Shown: one piece after another, positions 26,190 through 40,559 of the stretch
Numbering within the stretch: position 1 is the stretch's first letter
Layout of the letters: each line of letters begins with the position of its first letter
Assembly (NCBI RefSeq): GCF_009834535.1
Contig: NC_045697.1
Coordinates: 21,702,001 to 21,766,000 of the forward strand
DNA from: Camelus ferus
Taxonomy: Eukaryota
Reading direction: 5' to 3'
DNA length: 64,000 bases
Position numbers and translations under genes: made by a program
The notes under the pieces: model-generated
What the model saw: only the letters and a program-made list of their open reading frames with translations
What the model was told of the DNA's origin: nothing
The model's database searches: none

Positions 26190-28320
26190 AATAAGTAGAT
26201 TTAGAAAGCATTAAAGATTAGGTTAATTGAATAAATGCATATATTGATTTGGAGATAATTTATATATTATGACATAATTTCCCCCCATCCAAGAACATGG
26301 GATGACTTTTCTCTCATGCAGATATCATCTTGTATTTTAATAATGTGCTCTCACTTTGTTGATAGACATTCTTTGTCTTCTTGTGAAACTTATGGATAAC
26401 TATTTCATAAAGCTTCTTGATTTTCTTTTGTTGAATTTGTTGCTGCTGTTTGTTTTGAATTGATTAATTTTCCCCATTTATTTCTCTAGATATTCAGTGC
26501 TAAAGTCAAGACAACCTTCTGATTTTTTAACTATTAATTTTATATGAAGTCACTAATCAAATTACTTAATTCATTTCAGTAGTTTGAGAATAAAGTTAAG
26601 GGTTGTACATATAAATCATATCATCACAAGGAAACATAATTTTATGTCTTTTTTTCCAAAATGTCTGATTGACTGATTTTTATGTTCCTATATTTGCTAA
26701 AAACTCAAGAAAATGTTACCTAATATGGTAGAAGTTGGGTACACATTAAGTTCTTTATTTTAAATAATTTTAGAATTTTGTCCTATAGGATGTTTGCTAA
26801 AGGATTCTAGTAAGTGGTTTTATTAATTTTTTCCTTCTATTCCTGTTATGCCCATATTTTTCATTAGGAATGAATTTTGTTATTACTTTATTACTTCCAA
26901 ATGCCTTATTGGAACCTACCCACAGAATTTTGCATTTTTTTTTTTCTTTTTGAAGATGTGAAGGTAAAAAATACATAAAATTTTTGACACTGAATCACAC
27001 TTTGGTTAATGGAATAAATCCTGCTTAGTAATTTCACATTATATTCTCATGCATTGCTTGCATCTATTTGTTCATATTTTATGTAGGATATGTTTTACAT
27101 ATTCATAAATAATTTCTCTTTCTATCTCTCTCACTCTTTCTCTCTCTTTTCCCTTTTGAGATTGGAAATTTAAATCAAGCTAGTTTCACAAAATAAACTG
27201 GAAAATTCTTTCTCTCGTTTTACATGTTGAAATAATTTAAATGAAATGAGAATGAAGTTATCTAATGGTTGATTAAAACTTAGTTGCTCTAGTTTTTAAA
27301 CACATATTCTGTTCCTTCTGCTGTAATGCATTCTTTCAATTTGTCTACTTCTTGGATCAACTTCAGTAATTTGTATTTGTTAGAAATTATACATTTCCTC
27401 AAGGTTTTTCAAATGTGTTCTGTAAAGTTTAATGTGGAATAATGGTTAATGCTGGGCTTTCTCCTATATTATTTCTTCTTTTTCACTCCCATTCATGTAT
27501 AAGTTTACCTTCTCCCCTTTTAAATAAATTTCATTTGACTTTTAAAAATATGATCTTCTGAATTTATGTATACTGACTACTATTTTCTCTTTTTCTTAAC
27601 TTTTATTCTACCTTTATTGAATTCATCTTCCTATTTTACTTTGGTTTATGTTATTGAATTATGGTGTTCATTGCCTAATTGTTTAAAAGAAGTAAACATT
27701 AAAATTGGGCACTCTTTTGTTTTTATCATGATGGTATGTAAGACTATGAATTTATCCTAGGTTGATAAATTCCTAGGTTGATAAATTCATCCCACAGGTT
27801 TTGATATGAAGTGTTCTCATATTTACTGCTTGCTATATATATTTTTTATTTTCAATTGGAATTCCCTGTAGTTCCAAGAGTACTATAAAATTATATTTCT
27901 AATTTCAAAAGTACTTAGAATTTTACAATCATCATATTATTTAGTTCTATTTTCTTGGGATGACCAAAAACTGGGACCTAAAGATGTTATGCATTATGGG
28001 ATTTGTAAATAATTGTTTTGGGGACTTATTTACGAGTTCTAGTATGTGAGCTACTTTGTAAATTTTCCACAGACAAAAAAAAAAATCATTCTGTATTAGA
28101 TAGTCATGAGTCTATGTATTCCTATTAAATTGATTTTATTAATTGCATTTGTGTTCTGTGTTAATATTTATCATCTTTTGTATCAATCAAACTTTAAAAA
28201 ATTATTAAAATCTACAATCCTAAATTTACTATTTTTTTCATTTTCATGTTTTTCTTTTATAAATTTGGCTGCTGTTTGCTCTGTAAAGTTTTTCAACTCT
28301 TTTATCATCTACATGTTTTC
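26190..28320 (-). mobile_element. Very old L1 (L1ME-like) ORF2 remnant
   Basis: catccaagaacatgggat, ggaataaatcctgcttag, atcccacaggttttgatatg are antisense L1 ORF2 landmarks. Confidence 0.6.
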
Positions 28321-28339
28321 AAGTCATCAAAAAATAATC

Positions 28340-29490
28340 CTGCTTGGAAGATTAATATTGTTGAAACGACCATGCTACCCAAAGCAATCTATGGATTTAA
28401 TGTGATCTCTATCAAATTACCTGTGACAGTTTTCACAGAATTAGAACAAATAAAATTCATAAGGAATGACAACAGACCCAGAATTGCCAAACCAATCCTG
28501 AGGAAAAAGAACAAGGCAGGAGGCATAACCCTCCCAGGCTTCAAACAATACTACAAAGCTACAGTAATCAAAATAGCATGGTGTTGGCACAGAAACAGTC
28601 ATTTGGATCAACGGAACAGAATAGAGAGCCCAGAATAAACCCATACACCTACAGTCAATTAATCTTCGATGAATGGGGCAAGAATAAACAATGAATATAC
28701 AATTCAGCAAGTGGTGTTGGTAAAGCTGGACAGCTTCATGTAAATCAATTAAGTTAGAATACTCCTTCACATTATACAAAAAAATAAACTCAAAATGGCT
28801 TAAAGACTCAAACATAAGACATGATACTATAAACCTCCTAGAAGAGAATATAGGCAAAACATTCTCTAATATAAATCATAGCAATGTTTTCTTGGATCAT
28901 TCTCCCAAGGCAATAGAAACAAAAGCAAAAATAAACAAATGGTACTTAATCAATCTTACAAGATTTGCACAGCAAAGGAAATCATAAATAAAACAAAAAG
29001 ACAACCTACAGACTGGGAGAAAATATTTGCAAATGGTGCAAACTATAGGGCTTGCTTTTGAAAATATACAAATAGCTCATACAACTCAATATCAAAAAAA
29101 CCCAAACAACCCAAGCAAAAAATGGGCAGAAAACCTACAGAAACCTTCTTTGTTTCTCCAAAGAAGACATACAGATAGCCAAAAGGCACATGAGAAGATG
29201 CTCAACATCACTAATTATCAGATAAATGCAAATCAAAACTACAATAAGGTATCACCTCACACCAGCCAGAATGGCCATCATCAAAAAGTCTACAAATAAA
29301 TGCTGGAGAGGGTATAGAGAAAAGGAAACCCTCCTACACTTTTGATGGGGATGTAAGTTGGTGTAGCCGTTATGGAGAACAGTATGAGATTCCTTAAAAA
29401 AGTAAAATAGACTTACCATATGATCCAGCAATCCCACTCCTGGGTATATATCTGGTAAAGACCAAAAAAATAAAAATAAAAAACCTTTAA
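28340..29490 (+). mobile_element. L1 ORF2 internal/3' fragment (decayed)
   Basis: ORF 28246-28638 contains [18 protein letters not shown]...[21 protein letters not shown]...[10 protein letters not shown], collinear with ORF2 at 55.37-56.45 kb. Confidence 0.92.
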
Positions 29491-30099
29491 TTTTAATTTT
29501 CCTCTTTTTTGCTGCTTTTCTTAAGAATATATAACTCAGTAGTATTTTTTGAACTACCTAAGAATCTCTTTTTTTAAAAATGGAAGAATTCAATGTATTC
29601 ACAATCAATGATGATGCACAATTATATTTCTTACATCTCAAATAATTTTAAAAAATCTGTTAGTTGTTTATTTTGTTTTTCTATATTTTGCTGGCCAGAT
29701 AATTTTCTTAAGGAAAAAACCCTTGTGTTTTAGTCAACTATATTTTGAAGGGGTTGGGAGGTGGTAATAAACAACCTAATATCCCCATGTTTTCTAACAA
29801 TAAGCAAAAAAAAGTAATATAGTTCATAATTTCATTATACATCATGTTCTTAGTCTCTGTTCCCTGAACCATGTTCAAAGAAAAACATTTAATGAAGGCC
29901 ATGTTAATCCATTGAAAGGGTTTGCCAGAGCATTGATGGACTTCCCAATCTAGGCTATTTCTATTTCCATATTATGTTTACATAAGTGAGAGTCTACTGA
30001 ATATTTAGGACTGCAAAATATGAGTGATTGTTTTCCAACTTCTGATTAACTGCCACCACCACCATTTCGTAGTTTAGTTCTGTTTTTCTTTTTTTAGAA

Positions 30100-30550
30100 A
30101 TAATTCTGTTTTACCCAGCTTTGCTGCAGCACAATCACAGATACTCAGTGTCCTCAATAAAAAACATTTATTTCTCATGCACAACCTACGTGGAAAGTTA
30201 CACATCAGTTTCAGCAGCTCTACTACATGAGTCTGCTTATATTATTATCCAGGCTGAAGAAATAGCTCTTATTTGGATATGTTATGCTAGTGGCATAAGG
30301 ACAAAAGCAAAAGAGAGAGCTGAATCTCACCCCATGCTTAAAGCTTTCATTTCCAAGAGGGTATGTTCTATCTACTTTGATTCCATTGGCCAAAGCTAAT
30401 CAAATGGTGAAGTAAACGGTCAGTGGGTCAGGGACATAAAAATCTACCTACAGAAGGAACTGCAGGTCACATGGGAATAGGAGGAGATGGTTAATCCTCT
30501 TATATTGGATAGAAGGACTGAATACTCAAGGACAATACTATGCTCTATGT
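30100..30550 (-). mobile_element. MLT1I/J-like LTR
   Basis: catttatttctcatgc...atccaggctgaaga...attccattggccaaagc...ggaactgcaggtcacatgg. Confidence 0.6.
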
Positions 30551-31309
30551 CCATCCCTCTTATTAATTTTGAAGACCTCTTTTACTTTATCTTTCCTTCA
30601 GTGGCTACCTCCACTCTTAATCACACATACTTTTTTACTAATATTTTGTAACAAGAGAATTATGTCTCTCTGCCCACCACTACCCTCTGTCCCTGACTCA
30701 GACTCAAGACAAAACTACAATAAAATATTTGAGACACTTTCTTTTGCTATATAATAGAAACAGTATCATGATAAGATTCTAATTACTTTTTATTAGTTGT
30801 CTCTAGATATTAGTCCATTAGTTTTTGGTTTTATGTGCTGCAATAATTCTATTATGATTCCTTTTCATTTTAGATAGCACACATAGTTCTAGAAACTTGT
30901 AAGAAACTTCCTGTACCTTTAGGATGGAGAGATTTTATCATATGCTTTGTTTTATTTCTTTTCTCAATACTCATTCTTAAAATTCAGTGAACCATTTATT
31001 CTGCAGGCTTAAGCCTTTCTTTATATCAAAATAATTTTATTCTAGTATCTTTGATCAAATATTGCTTATTTTCCATCTGTATCTTTTCTCTTATGACTAG
31101 CATAATTATGTAGTGCCATTTGCTACACACAGCCCTAGTTTACGCCTGTGGTTTTAGCAAATTTATTAACATCCATCCCTTTTTACTATGAGAAGTGTCC
31201 AACTTTGATAATAAATTATATGGTCATTCTACCTATAAATCTTACTATTTGCATATTGAACTGGAACTATTCTCTAAAAGCCTTGCTTTTCCCTCATAAT
31301 ATTCATATG

Positions 31310-31690
31310 CAGTTGAACAAACTATTGCCTCCAATATGTAGCTACATTATTTTCCATGCAATTGCAGTTAGCCCACCAGAGGTGGAATAAAATTCCTGTC
31401 TCTTGGCTTTGGGCTCAGTTATACACTTCTTTTGTCCAATGGGGTGCCAGCAGATGTGATGAAAGCAAAACATGAAATCTGCTTGTGCAATGGGGCTTGG
31501 ACTCTTGTTCCTCTTCAATCACTATGAGAAGACTATGTTCCTACTAGCACACTAGTCAAAAGAGAATGAATCACATCAGGATCAAATTTGGACCAATCTG
31601 TCATTTGGAGCCAAGTTCAGGTAAGCTCTGTCCACAAGAGTCAACGACTTCCAGGTAACTGACAAATACAGAAACAATACTAAATATCAG
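31310..31690 (+). mobile_element. MLT1H-like LTR
   Basis: cccaccagaggtgga...ttggctttgggctc...cagcagatgtgatg...gcttgtgcaatggggcttg...ctatgagaagact. Confidence 0.65.
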
Positions 31691-34359
31691 CAAAACCAGC
31701 AGATATACTCTTTTTATATTTTCACTTTAGAAATACAAACAAAATCTGAACATGGCTAACCTCGCCATGCTTGATGTGGGCTTTCCTGCACCACTCATTC
31801 TGCCTCACTTTGCTACATATTTCCCTTTGGTCTCTTCCATGCAGCTAAGAAATAACCATAAACCTAAATCTGTTTCTTTTTCTTTCTTAATTTACAATGC
31901 AACCTGTACTTATTTCTAAGGTATCCGCTCATGTTTCACTTCCTTAAAACAAACAAACAGAAAGTTATTTGTCATACCTGACCAGAATGGCTCAAATGGC
32001 TCTCAATGCTTCTTCCCTTCATGTTTCCTTATTTGTTATGAACTAATATATTGTTTGCAAAAATTTATTTAATGTGCATCTATAGATAGTCTTAAGTTTC
32101 CCTGAAGCAATAAATCATGTATGTTCTATGCAGCTCTATGTTCCTAGTAACGAATATATTCAATAAATATTAATAACTAATTCATATTTGACTACATATG
32201 ATTCAACATTACAGTATAGATTTGTATTTGTGGGAGAACAATGATACTAGGAAATAAAACAGTGTGCTTTATTGTGTTTTTCAGTTCTTCTCCATCAGTT
32301 CCTTATTCCTGGCCCACTATTTTATTTGTCTCAGCTGTTCAGTATATGGAAGTAGAGGTTTTTTTCATTTGTTATATATATTGTACACATAATTATCTCA
32401 AGCTTAAGTTCTTAAGCAAATGGGTATTAATTTCTTGAAGTTAAAACAACTTTTCAACTCTGGGTGCTTGCACTAAAAATATGGTAGCAGAAAATTTATT
32501 TTAGGTATGTCTTTTAATTAGTTTAATTTTCCATATAAGTCAGGATCATTTTAAAATAAGAAAAGATGGGAAATTTCTTTAGATGTATTCTATTAATGAA
32601 TTATTTTCTTTATGCTTCAAATCTGGATAATGACTAGGCCATACCAGCACTGAGAAGATTAAATGAAGAAAATATGAAAATACTTTATGAAATACATAGT
32701 ACTATTCAATTTGTTATTATTATATTAATATTAGCCTTGTGCAGACGGTACTAAAATCATACATCTTTATTTTGTCATCTTATTTCAACTAAACATAAAA
32801 AAAAATTCTGCTTATTTTTCTAAAATACTTTTTTGTCTCACAAATAATTATTACCCACAGAGTGCAGGTTATGTTCAAAGTCAGAGTTGTCAGAGAATGA
32901 AACTTTATTCAGAATCATTTCCTCATAAGTCAGAATCTAATTGGCTGACAGAATACTTGAACTAGGGATTCTAGCTAATCATAGTTAAAATTTACTATCA
33001 CTGTAAATCTGTGAGGGAAAAGCAGTGCTATGCATTTGAACTAGCAAAATTTCATCTCCGTTACATGTTCATTTTACAAACTGTTCTTTAGTTAACATTT
33101 TTATAAAAAAGATTCTTCCACTCAAGATCCTAATTAGAAACTATGACATTCCACAATCAGATCTGCCACCATTTTTTTTAGTCACTCTTCCTTTTTTTCC
33201 CTGGCATTGGATTTTAATAGTCAGATTCCCCCATACTTTATGATTATGCAGGTAGGCTCTGAGACACACAGTGCTTAAAGTTTCGTACCAAATGAGGCTC
33301 TCTATCACACATATCATTTGTAGGATAAAGAGAATAATAATAGGATGGATGCCTATTTGCTCCAGCAATGAACTGGTCTCTCGATAGCCACATGGTTATA
33401 TCCTATTGGAAACTTACAGCTTCAGTAAATTGAGGAACATATTTTAATATTGCCAAATAATACATTTCTTTGCAGCTAACATTTTATACTAGATATATAA
33501 CTTTTATTATTCCTGTTTGAAAAAAATAGAGTAACAAATTATAATTCTCTTATTTAAAATACTGTTTAAAGTCCTATGTAATAAAATCTTAATTATTCAA
33601 ATTACTCATTATGAGACACACTAAAATATGCAAGGCATTTTAGTGGTATAAGTTCCAAATTCAACTTTAAAATATTCATTTCCAAGCTATGGATGGTTGT
33701 CAGAAAAAGCTAGAAAATAATCAAAACAGTCTTTGAGCTCTTTTAAATTTTACCACTTACAATATCAAATTAAAACTTACTATTTCTGCAACTTTTCATA
33801 GTAAAAATGAATGATTTTGCTTTCATTTACATTCATGCATAAATAATTTCATTCTGCTTACTGTTTTCACTTAGCACTTTGCACAAGAAAATTAAAGACC
33901 TTGCTGAACTCTGAGAAGCATTTAGCACAATCAGCCATTTGCTCTTAGGACTACACTGCTATGCTAAGTTGATTTTTACTACTGTTGCATTTTGGAATAT
34001 AAACATTACTGTATTTCTAGTCTAAAAGCAATGTTAGCTGAAATAAGAAATAAGAATAGTCAAGAAAACTGGATTTTTTTATTTTTAAAAGGAAAAATGG
34101 AAAGTTATAAAAATCTAAATAATGCCAACATAATTGCGGTGAACAATGCAGGGAAAAAAACAAACATTTTCACAAGACACTTGAATCAAGATAAATACCA
34201 CTAAAACCCCCAAATTTATTGAAAATTAGATGCTGTTGAAAAATTCATTGTGTGATAAACAGAAGCAAAATGCTTTGTGTAAAAGAAAATCTTAAAGAAT
34301 GTTTAAAATCAAAGTGTATAGAATTATACAGAAATTTTCTAAGGTACTACGAAGGACTT

Positions 34360-34560
34360 CTGTGAATTTGGATTACATATCCAGAGGCATCGCATCATGA
34401 AGCTGCAAGGTAATAGCCCCTTGCTATCCAATTATTTGTATTGCACTGTGAAAACTGCATACAATTTTAGGCACCTCATTTCTAACAAAATATAAAAAGC
34501 CAGACAGATTTCTGAAATAATAAAAAAACAACAATAATGTTCAGAGATCTGGAGAGAGTA
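34360..34560 (+). mobile_element. CR1/L3 remnant
   Basis: aaggtaatagcccc...aactgcatacaattttaggcacctcattt...agagatctgga resembles the L3 ORF2 3' region. Confidence 0.4.
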
Positions 34561-34699
34561 TTTTTAATACGATAATGTTCACAGTGGTCTTTTTCTCACA
34601 TCTCCAAACGTGATTAGATGTATGCTCATCATGGATTCTAAGTAAGCACACAGTTTTTTGATACAGAAGAAAAGAAGAAATTTGCTTAAAATAAGATTA

Positions 34700-34860
34700 T
34701 TTTTGTAGAATCTTCTAACCAGAAAGAAGCAATAAGATCACCTTATCCAACACCCTTATTTAAAAATGAGGAATTGGGGCCCAAAATTGTCACCCTAAAT
34801 GAGTCCCTGGAGCCTGGTAGTGTCAGAACCAACATCAAAACCCACATTTATGATCATAAA
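34700..34860 (-). mobile_element. MIR/MIR3 fragment
   Basis: agatcaccttatccaacacccttattt...atgaggaattggggccca. Confidence 0.5.
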
Positions 34861-34974
34861 AAATTTTTCCTAACTTGCTGCATACTTTAACAAGCTCTAG
34901 TTAGTGTCATTTTACTGAATTAAAAGAAACACATTATTAGATATTTCCAAACACATTTTGGGCTTTCTTTTCTG

Positions 34975-35210
34975 TTAGAGCACACGGGCTTTCATGTAAG
35001 ACAAACTAATTTCAGTCCATGTTCTATAACCTAGATGTTTGACCTTGGCCTAATAACTTACGTTTTCATTATTCTCTTCTATAAAATGAAATTATTAATA
35101 GTGATAACTTTATAGGTTTTTCTTGAGTATCATATGAGAAAATTGAAGTGACATGCTTAACCTAGAATCTGGCACATGATACAGTTTTCATCATTGCTGA
35201 CTATTTTTAT
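34975..35210 (+). mobile_element. MIR fragment
   Basis: gaccttggcc...ctataaaatgaaattattaatag...tctggcacatgata. Confidence 0.55.
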
Positions 35211-35269
35211 GAACTGTGGAAGAGAAGCTTAAGTAGGTAGGTGAAAAGTATTCTTTACACTTTACAGAA

Positions 35270-38200
35270 ATTCTCAACTAAATAAATACAAAGAAAACCA
35301 GAACTGGGAATATCATAGCAAGGTCATTAAAAACCATGCACAAAATAAACTTTCTAAAAACACACTACCTTCACATGAGTAACAAGAAGACTGGCAACTG
35401 ATTTCTCAATAGAAATCATGGACGCCTGTTGACATTAAGGTGACATTTTTTAATGCTTAAGAAAAAATATATGCCAGTCTAGAATTCTATATTCAAAAGA
35501 AATACTCTTCAAAAATAAGATTAAATTAATAAATTTCCAGACAAGCAAAAACTAAAACAGCTTATCTTGTTGCACAAAAGTAGATGGAGGTATTCTTCAC
35601 ATAGAAAAAAGTGATCCCCAAAAGATGAAGGTGATAAACCAAGCAATGAGTTGTAACGGAATACTCGATAATTTGAGAAAATGTAAATGAATAGTGACCG
35701 TTTAAGTTTATAACAACAACAAAGTTTTGTGTGATTTAAACATTTAAAATTTAGATGTATTGCAATAACAATATAAACAGTGAAAGAATAATAATAGGGA
35801 TTATTTATCTTGTATGAACTGTGTGTGGCAGGAAAGAAGTAATTATTCAAAAAAGCATTTTGTAACATTTATAGTAATCACAAAAGAATAATAAAAGAAT
35901 GCATAACTAGAAAACAAATACACAGATAAGGTTAAAAAGGAATTAAAAAAACAGAAAAAACAGAAAGCATAAGCTGTACAAGTTATATAATAGATTTACA
36001 GTCAACTAGAGCAATAATTAAATATTAAATATACATAAACACAAAAGATCGAGTAAAAAGCAAAATTTGTATATAGAAGTGAAAGTCAAGCATATGCTCC
36101 TTGCAATAGACACATCTGAAATATGAGACATAGAAAATTTGAAAATAAAGGTATGCAAATATACATAACATGCAAATAGCAATCAAAGAAAGTTGGCATA
36201 GTTATATTTGAATCAGAGAACCAGAGTTAAAGGAAAGATTATTTCTATCAATGTAAATGAATATTGCATAATGATACAAGAATTCATTCAATAGGAACTA
36301 CATGTATTCTTAATTTGTATACACATAAGAACACAGCTTCAAAATATTTAAACACTGACATAGCATAAATGATAAGTAGTTACAACTATAGTCAAAAGAA
36401 ACATTTTAGCAAAATTTCCTCAGTAAATGATGGAGCAAGCAGACAAAACCATCAAGAACTATAAACTTCAAACAGCATGATTAACAAATGTGTCAAATTG
36501 AGATTCATAGAATACTTCCTCCACATTCTTTATAGGTATATATGGATCATTTTCCAAACTGCCATAAAACAAATACCAACAAATTTCAAATGATAGAGAT
36601 TATTTAGTTTGTTTTCTGCCTACGGAAGAACTAAGCTAGAAAAACAATAAAAGAAGAATGCTAGAAAATCCTGGAATACTAGAAAAGAAAGCAGTGCACA
36701 TCTAAATAGTCCATAAGTCATAGGCAATATAGCAAAGAGGAAATTTTCTATACTAAATGATAATAATATTACATCAAAATGTGTGATGAAGCTAAACACA
36801 TTGGAAGACTGAAAACCAAGGATTCAAGTATCCATCTCAATAAACTAGAAAAATAAAGAAGGGATTGATAAGGTAAAAACAGAAATCACTGACACAGGAA
36901 ACAGAAAATAATAGAAAATAATAGAAAAATCAATAAAACCAAAAGTTGGTTGTATAAAAAGTTGAATTAGGAAAAAACAACATGACTGATTATGAAAAAA
37001 TTATAAATTATTAATATGAATGAAAAACATAACTCTAGATCCTATAGATATTGTAAGTAATACCAGCAACATTTAAACATTAATTTGAAATTTTAGATGA
37101 CATAGATAAAAATTTTGAAAGGCACAACTCATAAAACTTACACAAGAATAAACAGAAAATCTGAATTCTTCTATATCTATATATAAATTAAATCTGTAAC
37201 TAAAAACCCAATCAGGAAGAAATTCCCTGAGCCAAACAAATTTTCCTGTGAATTACTTTAAACTCTATGGAATAATCTGCAGCAATTTTAAATATTTCCA
37301 GATATTATAAACAACCTGAGAAGTCCACAATTCATTTTATGAGATGAGCATAAATTTAATTTAAAAATCTATGAAAAATACAAGGAAACTGAGAGATATA
37401 TAAATGAAAAAAATAATACTTGAACCATCCCCATAATACACAAAAAATGAATTCCTTGTAGAAACTATATAAAATACTTGTTGGCACTATTTAAAAGATA
37501 AATCAATGGAACAGAAGAGTATCTTCCTGACTTTGGTATAAGTAAAAGTCTTAAGCAAGACTTCTGTTATGTTAAGAGACACCATTAAAAAAGTGAAAAG
37601 GAAGCCCATATTTAATACCAATTACCAATAACAGACTTGAAGCCAGAGCATAAAAAAGTATTCCACAATAGGAAAAGACAGACAACTCAGGAAAAAAGTG
37701 AAGAAGCCTCTTGCAACAGGTAAAAGAGAATGTTCAAACAGTCAATGAGCAGGTGAAATGCTATACAACCTTATTAGTGGTAAGAGAAACACAAATAAAA
37801 ACCAAAGTGATACTAATACACAGTCACCAAAATGGCTAAAATTAAAAAGACTGGCATCACCCACAAATGGTATGGATGCAAGGAACTAGAATGCTTATAT
37901 GCGCCTGTGGGAGTGTTAATTGTTTTAACCATTTTGGAAAAATATTTGGCAGCGTTTACTAAAACTGAATGTAAGCATTCTAGCATTCTCTATTAATCAG
38001 TAATTCTCATATTTGCATCATAGGATACATACAATGTTTATAGCACTACCATTCCTATCAGTGTGAAAATTAATAAAGGGAAACCTCGCTTAGAGTGGAG
38101 TCAGGAAGCCCTGAAGGGGGATCTCACACTACCACTCTTTGCTGTCTGCTGACCCCCAATAGGACGAGGTGCACCCTGCATCTCCAACAAGAAGAAGATT

Positions 38201-38690
38201 TCTACTTTACTACCTCAGAAGGAGCCCAGCAACAGCCCCAGCTACTGACTTACCACCACCGCTTAGCCAATGAGAAACCATCACCACCCACCATTCTTGC
38301 TATCATGCTCAGTGGACTTTCGATCAAAGCAGCCCCTCTCAACTTTTTATCTCTTCTCCAGAGAGTAACAGTTTTCTCCTATGTTTGCTGGAATTGCCTA
38401 TGGTTTTGCCACAGTTTTCATGTCCTGAATTGCAATTCCTGTTATTCCTGAATAAACCCATTTGCCAATAAAATAACTGGCTGTTTTATTTTAAAGATTG
38501 ACATTAGCTACAAATTAAAAACACCCCAAACACCCAGCATTATGGTTTGATCTTAATAAAGTCATGAAATAGTATGCAATACAGCAAAGAAAAGATTCTA
38601 CTGCAACCACAAAAACATGTTGAATTAGACTTCATATTCAAAGAAAAACACCAGCACACACACTCAGATGCAAACTGTATAGTCTCCTTG
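35270..38690 (+). mobile_element. Long, highly decayed L1 (L1ME-like; ORF1 end, ORF2, 3' end), interrupted by an LTR at 38062-38503
   Basis: tctagaattctatattc (ORF1), aacatgcaaatagcaatcaaagaaagttgg, aatcaataaaaccaaaagttggt, attttatgag, accattttggaaaa landmarks occur in L1 order. Confidence 0.7.
38062..38503 (+). mobile_element. ERV1-class solo LTR
   Basis: TG...CA termini, 4-bp TSD tcag/ttag (1 mismatch), CCAAT (agccaatgag), AATAAA near the 3' end; the host L1 rejoins across it. Confidence 0.8.
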
Positions 38691-40559
38691 GGGGTGTGTG
38701 TGTGTGTGTGCACTGAATGAAATTATTGAGCTTTACATTTTATAGTGTATTCTTTTATATGTATATGTGGGTACATTTTCAGAGAAAGGTGTAAATTATG
38801 TGAATACAAGCTTGTGTTATTCTCTTGAATGTCCTTTGGATTCTTCCTTCCTAAAAAGTTTGTATTTTCTGTTTTTTTTTTTTTCTGGCCTTTTGATATC
38901 CCACTTCTCATAGGTTAGTTTATAGTTTTGAGCCTCTCTCTGCCAACTTTTCAGCAGACATTTAAAATATCTATTCAAAGGCTACTGCCAAAGAATTTCT
39001 GCTCATGATATTCTACTGAGAACATGATTCTTTTCATTTGCTCTAAAGAATACATCTCCCATCTCATCTGTTCAAAGCTTTTTAAAAATGCTTTTCCAAG
39101 AAACTCATGACTAACATCATTATTTTGATGTGAAAACAGCTAACATCTGTGGCTGAGAAAAAATAATAAAACATGCTTCTGAAAGAACTTGTTCTGTGTA
39201 TTATACAAGTTCTGTATTATCAGTGCTTGTACTTAGAGTCTGTTCTACTTATTTTTTCCAGCTTGGGCCAAAAAGAAGTGAAAAAAGAAAGTATTAACTC
39301 TGCTTATTCGTAGTTCGTTTTTGTCACTGATGACAACTGACCTTCAAAAATTGATATTGGTTTATTTGGAATTACTTATCATTTAGTTTTTGTTTGTTTG
39401 TTTGTTTTTTGTTTTTTTTACTAAAGTCAGCCTCCTGTCAGTCAGGAAGCTGTGTAGTCTTAGATCAAGTGAAGCGTTAGGTAGGATCCACGTGTCTGTA
39501 TCCTTAATAAATTTTATTTTAGTGTTTTATGTGTTTAATCTATGGCATTTTATGGGAATTTTAATACATAAATGTTTTAAATTTTTTTAATTTAAAGCAT
39601 TTTTAAGAAATAATTCTCTCTTCCAAAGTCCATTGGATGCCATGCATATTTTAATTATGTGCTGGGATTTGAGGATAGTACTTTACAATTAGAGGTACTT
39701 TATATCATAGAATCTTATGAATGAATTACTTTCACTTCATTGTAGTCAATAGAAAGTGTAAGCCTTATACGTTAGTTTAATTAATCAATCCATCATAGGA
39801 TACGTTATATAAGCATTTTTCATGAATACTACAGCAAAGACACATCTGAAATTCAAATGACCATTTCTGTTTACCCAGAACTGTATTTGCTATGGGGGCA
39901 AGACAATAACTTAAAGTTTACCCAAGTTATTTACAGCTGTTAATAATCCATCTATCAAATACACTAAAAGAAATGTATTCGTTATCTTAAACATTATCAG
40001 GTAAACCACGTTTTGCTGTCTGGGAGTTAAGTAAGAAGGAAGCAGAATTAAGTCAGATCAACATCATTTCTCCTCCAAAAGCTTTTCAAAAGCATGAAGA
40101 GAAAATTATTAAGAAGCTTTTTCTGGTCTGTTAAATAGAAACGCTTCATCACATTTATGGGCCTAGAATGTCATGTCTTCTGACTGAATAGAGATAATTT
40201 TAACAAGCTAGAATAGGATTAGAGAGAGTGATGAGAAATCTTTCCTTGGGATTGTGCTGGAAAAAGCTGAGAAGAAATGACTTGTCAGAGGATGTGCTCC
40301 CAAGGCTAATTTCTATGGCACATCCATTAAAGAAAGAAAACTAGAAATAAATTCTATATAAAGAAATATTTTTATTTTTTGAACAGACTTCTACCAGCCA
40401 AATTATTTCAAAATTGAGTATTTCAGGTCTTTCTGATAAAAAGAATTTCATCAATAAATAAATAACTGTGATTTTGTTAAAACCAGTTCAAGGAATATAT
40501 AGTTTTAGTTCAGAGAGGATTTGAATACGGTGAAAGCTTCCACATCAAGGCATCCTACT

